Of a DNA stretch of 38,477 bases, positions 27,645-37,238 are shown one piece after another. Every line of letters starts with the position of its first letter. Position 1 is the first letter of the stretch. Source of the DNA: Verrucomicrobiales bacterium (GTDB taxonomy: Bacteria > Verrucomicrobiota > Verrucomicrobiia > Verrucomicrobiales > SLCJ01); NCBI GenBank assembly GCA_046075565.1, contig JBJTQJ010000038.1, positions 1 through 38,477 of the forward strand, given 5' to 3'. Made by a program: the position numbers and the translations under genes. The notes beneath the pieces are model-generated. The model was not told the DNA's origin and ran no database searches. It was given only the letters and a program-made list of their open reading frames with translations.

Positions 27645-30188
27645 TCAAGTGCTTCGCAAGATTTCCAGAGGCGGGTGATTGGAAACACCGCGGCTGAGGG
27701 CGAGGCCGCCGAGGATGGAGACGGACATGGTCGTGACGAAGGCGGCGGCAAGGGTGGCCGCATCGGGGTAAGGCGGGGAGTCGAAGACGAAGATGGCGAG
27801 GGCGGCGTTGGCGGCGACGGCGAGTCCGGCTCCGGTAAGGGCGGAGAGGAAACCGAGGGCGGCGTATTCGATGGTGAGGATGGCCCGCACTTGTCGGCTG
27901 GAGGCCCCGAGGGTGCGCAGGAGCACACTTTCGCGCAGGCGGATATCCCGGCCGTTGAGCAGCGTGCCGATGAGAATAGGCAAGGCCGCAACCAATGTGC
28001 ATCCCGCGAGAATGGAAACGATAAGGGAAATCTTTTCGATGATATCCCGCACGGTTTCGAGGATGCGGGTGAGATCGATGGCCGAGACATTGGCGAATTC
28101 CGAGGCCAGTGCGCGTTGGAGTCGGCCGGAAGCCGCAGGGTCGGGTGTGCGGGTGGTGACCACATGAAATCCGGGCGCGTTTTCCAACACACCGGGAGGA
28201 AAGACCATGAAGAAGTTCAAGTTGAAACGCGACCAATCGACTTTGCGCAGGCTGGTGACGCGCGCATCGACAGGCACACCCTGGACATCGAGCTTGATGG
28301 AATCGCCGACGGCCACTTTGAGATCGGCGGCGATGCCTTCTTCGAGAGAAAGCGGCACCGGTTCGTCGGGATTCGCAATGCGGGAGGAGAATTCGCCCGC
28401 GATGACTTGTTCGGTCTCGTTGAGATAGTCGCGATAGGTGGAGCGGAATTCGCGGCGGGCAATCCATTTCGGCACCCCGGGCGACTTGGCCACCGGTTTG
28501 CCGCGGATCGATTCGATCCTCATGGTGACCATGGGCGCGCTTTCCAGCACCGGCAGCGATTCACGTTCGATCAATTTCCTCACGCCCTCGAGTTGATCCG
28601 GTTGCACATCGACCAGATAGAGGTTCGGACTCTTGCCGGATTCGGTCAGGCTGAGCCGCTGGCGCAGGAGTTGTCCGGAAAAGAGGATGGTCAGCAAGAG
28701 AAAGGTGCCCAGTCCCAGCGAAAGCAGGAAGATGGAAGTCTGGTTGCCGGGTCGATGAAGGTTGGAAATCCCTTGCCGCAGGAGATACGGCCAAGCGGGG
28801 CTCACGGCACGACGTGTCAGTGCCATCAAGGTGCGGGCCACGGCAAAGACGATGGCGAATGCGGCGGCCAGTCCTCCGACCATGGCGAGGGTGCGACGGG
28901 TATCCGGATCATTGCCGAGCGCCACCACCACTAACAAACCGGCCAGCGCCAGATAAACCGGCAGGGTGCGCAGGGCGGCTCCCGGCAAATCGACCGATGA
29001 TCGCAAGGTCGCAGCCGGGGAAACCTGCCGAATTTTTAACAAGGGAATCACAGCGAATCCGCAACAGACGGCGAAGCCCGCCATGGCCGCGCGTCCGACC
29101 ACCATCCACTCCGGTTTTGCCTCGACCGAGAGGGGCAAGCTATCACGGAAGGCGGTCAGCACCGCTAGCTGGATGCCGATGCCGATGGCTGCACCGAGAA
29201 GCGTGCCGAGGAATCCCATGGCGGCAGTCTGCGCGAAATAAACGGCCGCGGCCAAATGGCGGGGCGCGCCAAGACAAAGCAAGATGGCGATGGTCGGGAT
29301 CCGGCGGGTGACATGGGAATGCACGGCGGTGGCCACACCGAGCGCGCCCAGCGCGAGCGAAGAAAAAGCAAGGATGCCGAGGAAGCGTTGGAAACGATCG
29401 AGGGCATTCCCGATGTTCTCCCGTCGATCATCCGGTGTTTCCAGTCGCCATGGTCGATCCGGGAAATCGCGGCGAACGTTTTCCTTCAACTCGCGGGGTG
29501 GTGGTCCGGCGGGGATTTCCAGATGCAGCAGATGGGTGACCATGCTGTTGCCGCCAACGAGTCCGGTTTTTTCGATGTCGGAAAGGCGCGCGTAAGCCGC
29601 CGGAGCGAAGCCGCTGAACCGGCTGGCTTGCGGCGCGGCCTTGGTGATGGCGCCGAGGATCTTCAACCGCACGCCACCGACTTCAACCTCATCGCCCGGG
29701 CGCGCGCCGAATTGATCCAACAAAGCCGGCTCTAACAAAACCCCCGGTTCATCCGCAAGTTTTTGCCAAGCATCCGCGGGATCGGTTTCGATTTTTCCAT
29801 AGAATGGATATTGCCCCTCAATGGCCCGCACTTGAACCAGACGTGCGCCGTCACCGGGAAAAATCATCATCGACGGAAAAGAGATCTCGCGGCTTGAGCG
29901 CTGCGCCCGTTTGGTAAGTCCCGCCATGTCCACGGCATCCAATGCCTTGTTTGATGAAACCTGGAGGTCGGAGCCAAGCAGTTCCTTGGCCTGGTTCGCC
30001 ACGCCGACTTCCACACTCGCTTTGAGCGAATGAATCGCCACCAGTGCCGCGGTGCCGGACACGATGGCCAGCGAAAAGACGAGCAGTCGGGTCCGCTGGG
30101 TGCGGCTGTCCCGCCATGCCATCCGCCAAGTCCAGGGATGAAACAAAGCGGTAACGAGGCCACCGGGTAATGGACGCGGCTCAGACAC
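27645..30188 (-). CDS. ybbP: ABC transporter permease, FtsX-like (YbbP type)
   Basis: RMAWRDSR, LLGSDL, YPFYG, SLRKVDW…NFF, LRTLGAS; GTG start overlaps the ATPase stop. Confidence 0.88.
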   Translation of the reverse strand: MSEPRPLPGGLVTALFHPWTWRMAWRDSRTQRTRLLVFSLAIVSGTAALVAIHSLKASVEVGVANQAKELLGSDLQVSSNKALDAVDMAGLTKRAQRSSREISFPSMMIFPGDGARLVQVRAIEGQYPFYGKIETDPADAWQKLADEPGVLLEPALLDQFGARPGDEVEVGGVRLKILGAITKAAPQASRFSGFAPAAYARLSDIEKTGLVGGNSMVTHLLHLEIPAGPPPRELKENVRRDFPDRPWRLETPDDRRENIGNALDRFQRFLGILAFSSLALGALGVATAVHSHVTRRIPTIAILLCLGAPRHLAAAVYFAQTAAMGFLGTLLGAAIGIGIQLAVLTAFRDSLPLSVEAKPEWMVVGRAAMAGFAVCCGFAVIPLLKIRQVSPAATLRSSVDLPGAALRTLPVYLALAGLLVVVALGNDPDTRRTLAMVGGLAAAFAIVFAVARTLMALTRRAVSPAWPYLLRQGISNLHRPGNQTSIFLLSLGLGTFLLLTILFSGQLLRQRLSLTESGKSPNLYLVDVQPDQLEGVRKLIERESLPVLESAPMVTMRIESIRGKPVAKSPGVPKWIARREFRSTYRDYLNETEQVIAGEFSSRIANPDEPVPLSLEEGIAADLKVAVGDSIKLDVQGVPVDARVTSLRKVDWSRFNLNFFMVFPPGVLENAPGFHVVTTRTPDPAASGRLQRALASEFANVSAIDLTRILETVRDIIEKISLIVSILAGCTLVAALPILIGTLLNGRDIRLRESVLLRTLGASSRQVRAILTIEYAALGFLSALTGAGLAVAANAALAIFVFDSPPYPDAATLAAAFVTTMSVSILGGLALSRGVSNHPPLEILRST

Positions 30189-30909
30189 CGTGGTTTTCCT
30201 CCTCCCCGACAATCGTTCCACCACCCATCTTCACCACCCGCCGGGCCCGGGCGGCCAGTGCCGGGTCGTGAGTGACCAACACAAGGGCCGTGCCCGCCTC
30301 CCGGTTCAAGCGGAGCAACATTTCCACGATCGGTCCGCTGGTTTCGGCATCGAGATTTCCGGTGGGCTCATCGGCGAAAAGAATCTTCGGAAGATGGATA
30401 AACGCACGCGCCAGAGCGACCCGTTGTTGCTCGCCGCCGGAGAGTTGGACCGGATAATGGCCTAGACGTTCCCCGAGTCCGACTTCGGCCAGCAGGGCCT
30501 CGGCATCTTTCCGTCGACCGGTCTCGCCGCGCAGTTCGAGCGGCACGAGCACGTTCTCCACCGCGGTGAGCGTGGGGATGAGTTGGAAGTTCTGAAAGAC
30601 AAATCCGACCAAGCGGTTCCGCAGGGCAGCCCGCGCGTCCTCATCGAGTTCTTCCATGGCTTGACCGGCCAGTTTCACGGAACCGGAGGTTGCGTCGTCC
30701 AGGCCGGCGCAAAGCCCGAGCAACGTCGTCTTGCCACTGCCGGAGGGGCCGATGATCGCGCAGGTATCCCCCTCGGCGAGGGTAAAGTGGATGTCGCGCA
30801 GCACCGTGAGTTCGTGATCGACCGTGCGATGGATCTTTTTCAGTCCGTGGACTTCGAGGATGGGCGGGTTGACAGCCGAAACGGCGGAATTTACTCTGGT
30901 CGATGGCAT
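30181..30909 (-). CDS. ybbA: ABC transporter ATP-binding protein (YbbA/LolD-like)
   Basis: GPSGSGKTT, GFVFQNFQL, LSGGEQQRV, ADEPTGNLD, VTHD; divergent from tesA. Confidence 0.9.
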   Translation of the reverse strand: MPSTRVNSAVSAVNPPILEVHGLKKIHRTVDHELTVLRDIHFTLAEGDTCAIIGPSGSGKTTLLGLCAGLDDATSGSVKLAGQAMEELDEDARAALRNRLVGFVFQNFQLIPTLTAVENVLVPLELRGETGRRKDAEALLAEVGLGERLGHYPVQLSGGEQQRVALARAFIHLPKILFADEPTGNLDAETSGPIVEMLLRLNREAGTALVLVTHDPALAARARRVVKMGGGTIVGEEENHGV

Positions 30910-31550
30910 GGTTCAAATTGCTGGCGTTTGCGCTAACGGCAAGTATTACGTTTATCGGAACATCCCCAGCGCAATCCCTTGCAGCGGATGGCGGGAAATC
31001 GCGCGTCGTGATCCTCGGTGATAGTATCACGGCCGGGCATGGATTGGATCGCTCGGAAGCTTATCCCGCGCTTGTGCAGGGCAAATTCGACCAGGCGGGT
31101 GTGGCCCGGGAGGTCGTCAATGCCGGGGTCAGCGGCGACACCACGGCCGGAGGACTCCGGCGCATCGACTGGGCCCTTGGTGCCAAAGGCGCCGACGTTT
31201 TGGTCATCGCTCTCGGGGGCAATGACGGTCTGCGCGGCATTTCCCCCGCCGAAACGGAAAAGAACCTCATTGGTATCGTCGCGAAGGCGCGGAAGAAAAA
31301 TCCCGCCATGAAAATTTTCATCGCCGGAATGCGCATGCCCGACAATATGGGTCCGGAATACACCGAGGCCTTCCAGGGGCTCTTTGCCAGAGTCTCGGCT
31401 GCGGAGAAGACCGAGCTCATCCTGTTTTTGCTCGAAGGCGTTGGCGGTGACGACAAACTCAATCAGGAAGATCGGATCCATCCGAATGCCGAAGGACAAC
31501 GCAAGATCGCGGAGACGGTCTGGACCGCACTCAATCCAGCGAAACCTTGA
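30903..31550 (+). CDS. tesA: Arylesterase / acyl-CoA thioesterase I (SGNH)
   Basis: GDSITAG, NAGVSGDTTAGG, LGGNDG, DRIHPN; tesA/ybbA-ybbP synteny. Confidence 0.9.
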   Translation: MAWFKLLAFALTASITFIGTSPAQSLAADGGKSRVVILGDSITAGHGLDRSEAYPALVQGKFDQAGVAREVVNAGVSGDTTAGGLRRIDWALGAKGADVLVIALGGNDGLRGISPAETEKNLIGIVAKARKKNPAMKIFIAGMRMPDNMGPEYTEAFQGLFARVSAAEKTELILFLLEGVGGDDKLNQEDRIHPNAEGQRKIAETVWTALNPAKP

Positions 31551-31582
31551 ATGGCCACCAGCCAAAGCAGGGCCGTAAACAT

Positions 31583-31670
31583 GTAGCGGCGGTCTGTGAC
31601 CGTCGCATTTGTTTATAGCGTGGAGCATCGTTCGGGGAAAATCTACCGGCGGTCATGGACACGCCGCAAC
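31583..31670. repeat. Inverted REP pair (second copy degenerate)
   Basis: GTAG-CGGCGGTC-TGT-GACCGTCG (31583-31605, +) and GTTG-CGGCGTGTC-CAT-GACCGCCG (31647-31670, -), between the convergent tesA and prfC genes. Confidence 0.7.
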
Positions 31671-31768
31671 AAAACTGGAGGCTCTCTTGCAAGGGCGGCG
31701 GTGCGCGGGCAAGTGCTAAAGCGGACTCACGGCATCCCCGATCGCCGGAGGATTAGCGGTTAGGATGC

Positions 31769-33373
31769 TCAACCATGCCTCGGCGCGGTGGTGTGGGTTG
31801 TCCACGCCGCTTGCTTCTGTTCGAAGTATTTCAACGACCATTCGCTCGGGAAGAGAGCGACGAGGTGGCCGTATTGGTCGAGGGCGCGGTTGGCTCCGGG
31901 CGGGAGGTCGAGGGTCTCGCCTTGCGGGTCGTCCGCCGGCGGGGTGAGCCAGCGCACGAGTTCCCAGGGCGCGGATTCGACCCGGCAATCGGCGGCGTAT
32001 TCGGTCTCGAGACGATAACGGAGCACGTCGAATTGGAGCGGGCCGACCGCTCCGAGCAAGGGCACGCGCTGGGCCGTGCCATGCACATCGAAGCTCTGCG
32101 CCACGCCTTCCTTGAGAAGCTGGTCCAGCCCTTCGCGGAATCGTTTGAACTTGGCCGTGCTCGGGTTGTGCAAGTAGACAAAACACTCCGGCGGGAAAGC
32201 CGGGATCTCGTCGAAAAGGACTCCACTCTTCTCGGTTATCGTGTCGCCGATGCGCAGATCGTGGTTGCCGACGATGCCGACCACGTCACCGGCGTAGGCT
32301 TCATCGACCGTCTCGCGGTCCTGGGCGAACAAACGCTGGGAATTCGAGAGACGGAGTTGTTTTCCTCCGCGGGGGTGGCCGACGACCATGTCACGTTTGA
32401 ACTTGCCGGAGACCACGCGGATGAAGGCGACATGGTCCCGGTGTTTCGGGTTCATATTCGCCTGGATCTTGAAGACGAAACCGGAAAACTCCGGATCTTC
32501 CGGCTCGATGGGCTCGCCAAGACTCGGACGTCCCGACGGACCGGGCGACAATTCGAGGAATCTTTCTAACAGAAGCTGGACACCAAAGTTGTTCATCGCG
32601 CTACCGAAAAACACCGGCGTGAGCCGACCGGCCCGCACTTCCGCGAGATCAAATTCGGCACCCGCGCCCGCGAGCAAATCCAGTTCGTCCACCACTTGTT
32701 TGTAGATGAATTCGGGAATCGTCTCCGCGACTTTCGGATCGGAGATATCGCGCACGTCCACCGGGGCCCGGTAGGCTCCGCGGGGAGTCTTTTCAAAGAG
32801 ATGGACCTTGCGGTGCTCGCGGTCGTAGATCCCCTTGAAGTCCGGTCCGCTACCCAGCGGCCAATTGAGCGGGAAAGCATGGATGCCCAGCACTTCCTCG
32901 AGTTCATCGAGCAAGGACAGAGGCGGGCGGGCCGGGCGGTCCAGCTTGTTCATGAAGGTGAAAATCGGCACCCCGCGCTGACGGCAGACCTCGAAGAGCT
33001 TCCGCGTCTGGGTTTCGATACCCTTGCTGGCGTCGATAACCATCACCGCCGCATCCACCGCCGTGAGCACGCGGTAGGTATCTTCGGAGAAATCCTTGTG
33101 GCCGGGGGTGTCGAGCAGGTTCACTACCTTGCCATCGTATTCGAATTGGAGGACCGTCGAGGTCACCGAGATGCCGCGTTGTTTCTCCAGTTCCATCCAG
33201 TCGCTGGTGGTGGACCGCTGGTCCTTGCGGGCGGTTACGCTCCCGGCCAGATGCACCGCGCCCCCATAGAGCAGCAGCTTTTCCGTCAGCGTCGTTTTCC
33301 CGGCGTCCGGGTGGGAAATGATGGCGAACGTGCGCCGGCGCTGGATTTCTTGCTCAATCATCGGGGATGACAC
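31769..33373 (-). CDS. prfC: Peptide chain release factor 3
   Basis: RRRTFAIISHPDAGKTTLTEKLLL, SDWMELEKQRGIS, DTPGHKDFSEDTYR, FKIQANM…HRD, GAVGPLQF; alternative start at 33361. Confidence 0.97.
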   Translation of the reverse strand: MSSPMIEQEIQRRRTFAIISHPDAGKTTLTEKLLLYGGAVHLAGSVTARKDQRSTTSDWMELEKQRGISVTSTVLQFEYDGKVVNLLDTPGHKDFSEDTYRVLTAVDAAVMVIDASKGIETQTRKLFEVCRQRGVPIFTFMNKLDRPARPPLSLLDELEEVLGIHAFPLNWPLGSGPDFKGIYDREHRKVHLFEKTPRGAYRAPVDVRDISDPKVAETIPEFIYKQVVDELDLLAGAGAEFDLAEVRAGRLTPVFFGSAMNNFGVQLLLERFLELSPGPSGRPSLGEPIEPEDPEFSGFVFKIQANMNPKHRDHVAFIRVVSGKFKRDMVVGHPRGGKQLRLSNSQRLFAQDRETVDEAYAGDVVGIVGNHDLRIGDTITEKSGVLFDEIPAFPPECFVYLHNPSTAKFKRFREGLDQLLKEGVAQSFDVHGTAQRVPLLGAVGPLQFDVLRYRLETEYAADCRVESAPWELVRWLTPPADDPQGETLDLPPGANRALDQYGHLVALFPSEWSLKYFEQKQAAWTTHTTAPRHG

Positions 33374-33522
33374 TTAAGGGCAGGGGATCGGCGGGCGCAA
33401 GAGGCGGTCGAACATCCCAAATGACCCGGATTTTCCACTCGGACAAAAAAAACGATATTTCAAACAAATTTTGTCCAATTCGACGCTTGCCACCCGGGCG
33501 GAAAAGCCCCATAAGGACCTTC

Positions 33523-34392
33523 ATGAAAATATCCACCTGCCTCCGTCGGGCTGGTGCCGCGCTCGCGGCCCTGGCTGCCACCCTCGTACTTCCTTCCTGC
33601 TTCGAAGCATACAACACCGTCAAAGTGAGCAAAGACGGTTCCGGCACGGTGGAGAATAAAATCGTCATGAGCGCCGAGATGGCCGGCATGATGAACGCCG
33701 CCGCCGCCCAGGAAGGTGGTGATGCCCCGAAAAACCCGCTTCTTGACGAGGAGAAACTCAAGGCCGAAGCCACGAAAATGGGCGAAGGCGTTGAATTCGT
33801 GAGCGCCAAGGAACTGAAGTTTGATGACGGCCGCATGGGTGTGGTCGCCACCTACAAGTTCGCCGATGTCACCAAAATCACCGTTAGCCCCGGCTCCGGC
33901 GGACCCGGCGACGAAGGCGGCGAGGAACCAGTGAACAAGGATAAACAAATCCAGTTCGGTTTCGCCAAAGATGACAAGCCCGTGTTGACGGTCAAGATGC
34001 CCAAGAAGGACGCCAAGAAGGAAGAAGCCGGTGAACCCGCTGATGCTGGTGAGCCCGCCGAAGCCGGCGAAGACGCTGATGCTGGTGAGCCCGCCGAAGC
34101 CGGCGAAGACGCCCAAGCCATGGCCATGATGACCCAGATGTTCCAAGGCATGAAGATCGGCATGACCGTCGAAGTGGACGGCAAAGTCTCCGAGAGCACC
34201 GCCACCAACATCAAGGACAGCACCGTCACCCTGATGGAAATCGACTTCGGCAAAATGATGGCCAACCCCGACTTCGCGAAGAAGATGAAGAGCCCCGACC
34301 AAATGGAAGACTTCGCCAAGTTCGCTGAAATGGCCAAGGAATTCGGTGCCACCATCGAACCCAAGGACGAAATCTCCGTCACCTTCGAATAA
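33523..34392 (+). CDS. Uncharacterised lipoprotein
   Basis: Lipobox VLPSC; strong C-ending codon bias; followed by a terminator. Confidence 0.85.
   Translation: MKISTCLRRAGAALAALAATLVLPSCFEAYNTVKVSKDGSGTVENKIVMSAEMAGMMNAAAAQEGGDAPKNPLLDEEKLKAEATKMGEGVEFVSAKELKFDDGRMGVVATYKFADVTKITVSPGSGGPGDEGGEEPVNKDKQIQFGFAKDDKPVLTVKMPKKDAKKEEAGEPADAGEPAEAGEDADAGEPAEAGEDAQAMAMMTQMFQGMKIGMTVEVDGKVSESTATNIKDSTVTLMEIDFGKMMANPDFAKKMKSPDQMEDFAKFAEMAKEFGATIEPKDEISVTFE
34039..34110 (+). repeat. Exact 36-bp in-frame tandem duplication
   Basis: GCTGATGCTGGTGAGCCCGCCGAAGCCGGCGAAGAC x2, encoding ADAGEPAEAGED x2. Confidence 0.95.
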
Positions 34393-34434
34393 GACGATTT
34401 CCCGGACCGGATCCATTTCCGGCCGTCAAGATTT

Positions 34435-34468
34435 CCCCGGTTCCGCACCCGCGGAGCCGGGGTTTTTT
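34435..34468 (+). terminator. Intrinsic terminator
   Basis: CCCCGGTTCCGC-ACCC-GCGGAGCCGGGG-TTTTTT. Confidence 0.88.
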
Positions 34469-34509
34469 GTTATCTGGTCGCCAAGCCCCGTGCAGTTGAA
34501 GCTTCGGGA

Positions 34510-37161
34510 TCATTCCTCTTCCACGCGGAAGAAGGCTTTGGGGGAGGCGGAGACGGGAGGCGGGAAGGTGAAAGTCTGGTAAGTGCTGTCGCCTTGCGCG
34601 GAGATTCCACTGGCAACATTGATGGGGAATCCCTGGAGATCCAGTGAGGCGCGGATTCGGTAGCTCTTACCGGGAGTCGAGGCCCATTTGAAGGCGGCAC
34701 CGCCCGGGTTCCATTGCACATTGCGCATCTGCAAGCCGGGTGGGGGAGCAGGGGAGAAGATGCCATAGATGTCGCAGTCGTAATTGAGGTAGGTGGTATA
34801 TCTTCCTCGGAACCAGATCACCGCTTCGGATCGGCCGTGGTCTTCCGGCACAAATGGACGCATGTTGCTGGCATCCGAGCTGGAGGTGATCGCCTCCCAT
34901 GCCCAGGTATTGCCCCCATCGGAGGTCACGCCGCGGTAGATCTCATAGATCTCGTTGTTAGGGTTCAATGCGGGCGAGAGCGTCGAGAGGTCGAAGGGAT
35001 TCGCGGCGTTGCTGGACAAGTAGATCACGTTCGGGTTTTCCGGATCAATGCACATTCCGCCCCCGTAGTCGTCCTCTGAGGAGTAAAGTCCCCGGCCCGC
35101 GTTGGCGATGAATTTCCTCCGCCACTGGCTGCCGTCCCAACGGGCGTAGTAGTAATAGATGCGGTCGTTCTTGAAGTCGGTCGCAGGGCCGGCGACTCCA
35201 TCGTCCTGCACTTGGAAAACGCACACCGGCTTGCCATCAGGCTGGTATTGAATATCCCACGTCCATGCCCGCCCGAATGGAATCCATTCGTCGGGACCCT
35301 CGCCCGCACCCCAGGCTGCGGTAGTGTAGGGGTAAACCACGGTGCCACGCTCGCCGCTGCTGTGCTCGAGCGGTAAATTGGAGAAGCTCTTGATGTTAGA
35401 GCCGTCCGATTTGCGAAAACTCCCGCCTTGATAGAAAAGGTGGTAGATCGAGTTGTTCTCATTGCGCGGATGGCCGTCGGTGTAAATGAGATCGATGCGG
35501 TCGAAATGATTCGTGGCATACCTCGGGTAAGGCCGCACGCTGCCGGTTCCGATTTTGATAAAATGGACCGGAGTGTCCCAGGTTTGACCTAGGTTGGTCG
35601 AGATGTGGATGGTTGGATTGAAGTTGATGTTGCGGGAGAAATTGTAGATTTTGTCCGACTCCGCCGAGAGGCGAAAGGTATTCGAATAAGTGTTCTTCGG
35701 GGTGCCAAGAGATCTGGTCACCTCGGGACCCCAGTCCGACAAACTGGTGGGATTGCCGTTCAGGCTGGTGCGGTGAAAGAAGACGGAGTCCAGATTGTGG
35801 CGGGAGTAAACGGAAAGGATTTTCCCATCAGGGAGAACGGTGACATTTGGCACGTCATGGTCATCCTTGCTCGGATTGGTGGCGGTGCTGAAACGGAATT
35901 CGCGAGCGGTGGCGGTTTCGAAATCGTAACGGGTCATCGCCATCGAGTTTGCCTGCCCCTTCACATAGCCAACATAAAGGTCGCCATTGACGAAACGCGC
36001 GGTGTGGTCGCTAAACCATGACCAGGCACCATCGGCCTGGATAAGGATAGGGTCGCCCGCGAATCCGGTGGAAAAAGTCCACTGTCCGGGGGTTGTGCCG
36101 GCAAATGGATTCGGAACCGTCGCCGTGTCCTCGATGCTATTCGCACCGATGACCACCCCATAATTGGTGTTTGGCTCGAGGTCCGCGAGAGGGTTCAGGA
36201 TCAAATTGTTGCCCGAGACCACAGCCTGCGCGGGTGAGGGGAGATGGATCGTGAAAGTGCCGGTGCCGTCTGATGTGTCGACGAAAGTGATCGTGCCTCC
36301 GGGCTTGATGGCGATGTTCTTGCTGAAGGTCGCTACCAGGCTGGTCGCGGGAGAGACCGAGGAAGCTCCCCGGGGCCGAACGCTCACGAGGACCGGCTGG
36401 GTCGTGTCAATCGGCGCGGCCAAGACGGCGATTTCCGCAGCGCTGAGCGCGTGATCATAAATCCGGTAGTCATCAATCATGCCAATGAGCTGGGTCACGT
36501 CATTTGAACCGGTGTAGCGCGCGAAAAGCCGCTGGGTTCCACCCAGATTCGGGATATTGGCGATGGCACGTTTGGTTTGCAGGCCTGTCGAGCCGGGATC
36601 CACATCCTGGGCCGAGCCGTTGAGATAGATGGTAACACTATCCATTCCCGGGCCAAGTCCGTCATTTTCGAATACCCAAGCGAGATGAACCCACTGGCCG
36701 GTGGTCCACGTCGTGTTGCTCGCGCTGCTGTTCTTCCAGGCGGTGCCGTCGTAAGCTCCGAGTCCAGAGCCGGCGCCTCCATCGTCTGGATCCTGATTGC
36801 TTGACGAGCCCAGCGAGGGAATCAGGCGGTTTGACACGCCTTGATCATACCAGTAACCCGAAGTGTCCGTGCCTTTATACCAACCCGCGAAGGTGTAACT
36901 TCCCGAAGTGGACGAAATTGCCACCGACCCAAAGGCCGTCTCGTTCCCGGTGCCCGTCATGCTCAACACACCGCCCCGTTGGGGGTCGGTGACAAATGAA
37001 CCGCCGGTAATCGTTGCATTTGTCGTTCCGCCCGCCGCCGCCGAGTCGGTGGCAGTGTTTCCGGTGTTGCCGTCGAACGTGTAATGAACGAGCAATCCCG
37101 CGGGCGATGCGGTTTTGAAAACCACGACGGCTGCTAAAAGCGCTAGCAAAGCGGTTTTCAT
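34510..37161 (-). CDS. Secreted LamG-like + Ig-like + BNR-4 repeat beta-propeller protein
   Basis: Signal peptide; HYTFDG…WVHLAW…GMIDDYRIYDHALS (LamG); DTTQP…TFSKNI…W.FST (Ig-like); GAWSWFSD, DDHDVP, SRH, DGHPR, TSDGG.TW (BNR-4); ends AFFRVEEE. Confidence 0.85.
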   Translation of the reverse strand: MKTALLALLAAVVVFKTASPAGLLVHYTFDGNTGNTATDSAAAGGTTNATITGGSFVTDPQRGGVLSMTGTGNETAFGSVAISSTSGSYTFAGWYKGTDTSGYWYDQGVSNRLIPSLGSSSNQDPDDGGAGSGLGAYDGTAWKNSSASNTTWTTGQWVHLAWVFENDGLGPGMDSVTIYLNGSAQDVDPGSTGLQTKRAIANIPNLGGTQRLFARYTGSNDVTQLIGMIDDYRIYDHALSAAEIAVLAAPIDTTQPVLVSVRPRGASSVSPATSLVATFSKNIAIKPGGTITFVDTSDGTGTFTIHLPSPAQAVVSGNNLILNPLADLEPNTNYGVVIGANSIEDTATVPNPFAGTTPGQWTFSTGFAGDPILIQADGAWSWFSDHTARFVNGDLYVGYVKGQANSMAMTRYDFETATAREFRFSTATNPSKDDHDVPNVTVLPDGKILSVYSRHNLDSVFFHRTSLNGNPTSLSDWGPEVTRSLGTPKNTYSNTFRLSAESDKIYNFSRNINFNPTIHISTNLGQTWDTPVHFIKIGTGSVRPYPRYATNHFDRIDLIYTDGHPRNENNSIYHLFYQGGSFRKSDGSNIKSFSNLPLEHSSGERGTVVYPYTTAAWGAGEGPDEWIPFGRAWTWDIQYQPDGKPVCVFQVQDDGVAGPATDFKNDRIYYYYARWDGSQWRRKFIANAGRGLYSSEDDYGGGMCIDPENPNVIYLSSNAANPFDLSTLSPALNPNNEIYEIYRGVTSDGGNTWAWEAITSSSDASNMRPFVPEDHGRSEAVIWFRGRYTTYLNYDCDIYGIFSPAPPPGLQMRNVQWNPGGAAFKWASTPGKSYRIRASLDLQGFPINVASGISAQGDSTYQTFTFPPPVSASPKAFFRVEEE

Positions 37162-37238
37162 GGAGTGATTCGCGTCAACGTTCAGCGGCCAATCGCCCCG
37201 GTGAGCGGCCTTTCTTTCTAGATCTACGTGCGGCAGTC

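Noticed and set aside
30903-30909. Head-to-head overlap of tesA and ybbA starts
   Set aside because: The tight divergent tesA/ybbA-ybbP arrangement is already known from E. coli, and the start codons are uncertain.
33460-34448. Long antisense ORFs (318 aa and 198 aa) opposite the lipoprotein; similar ones at 3113-4309, 5662-6885, 7448-8548 and 27627-28934
   Set aside because: Shadow ORFs expected from high GC and codon bias; no motifs, and they fully overlap well-supported genes.
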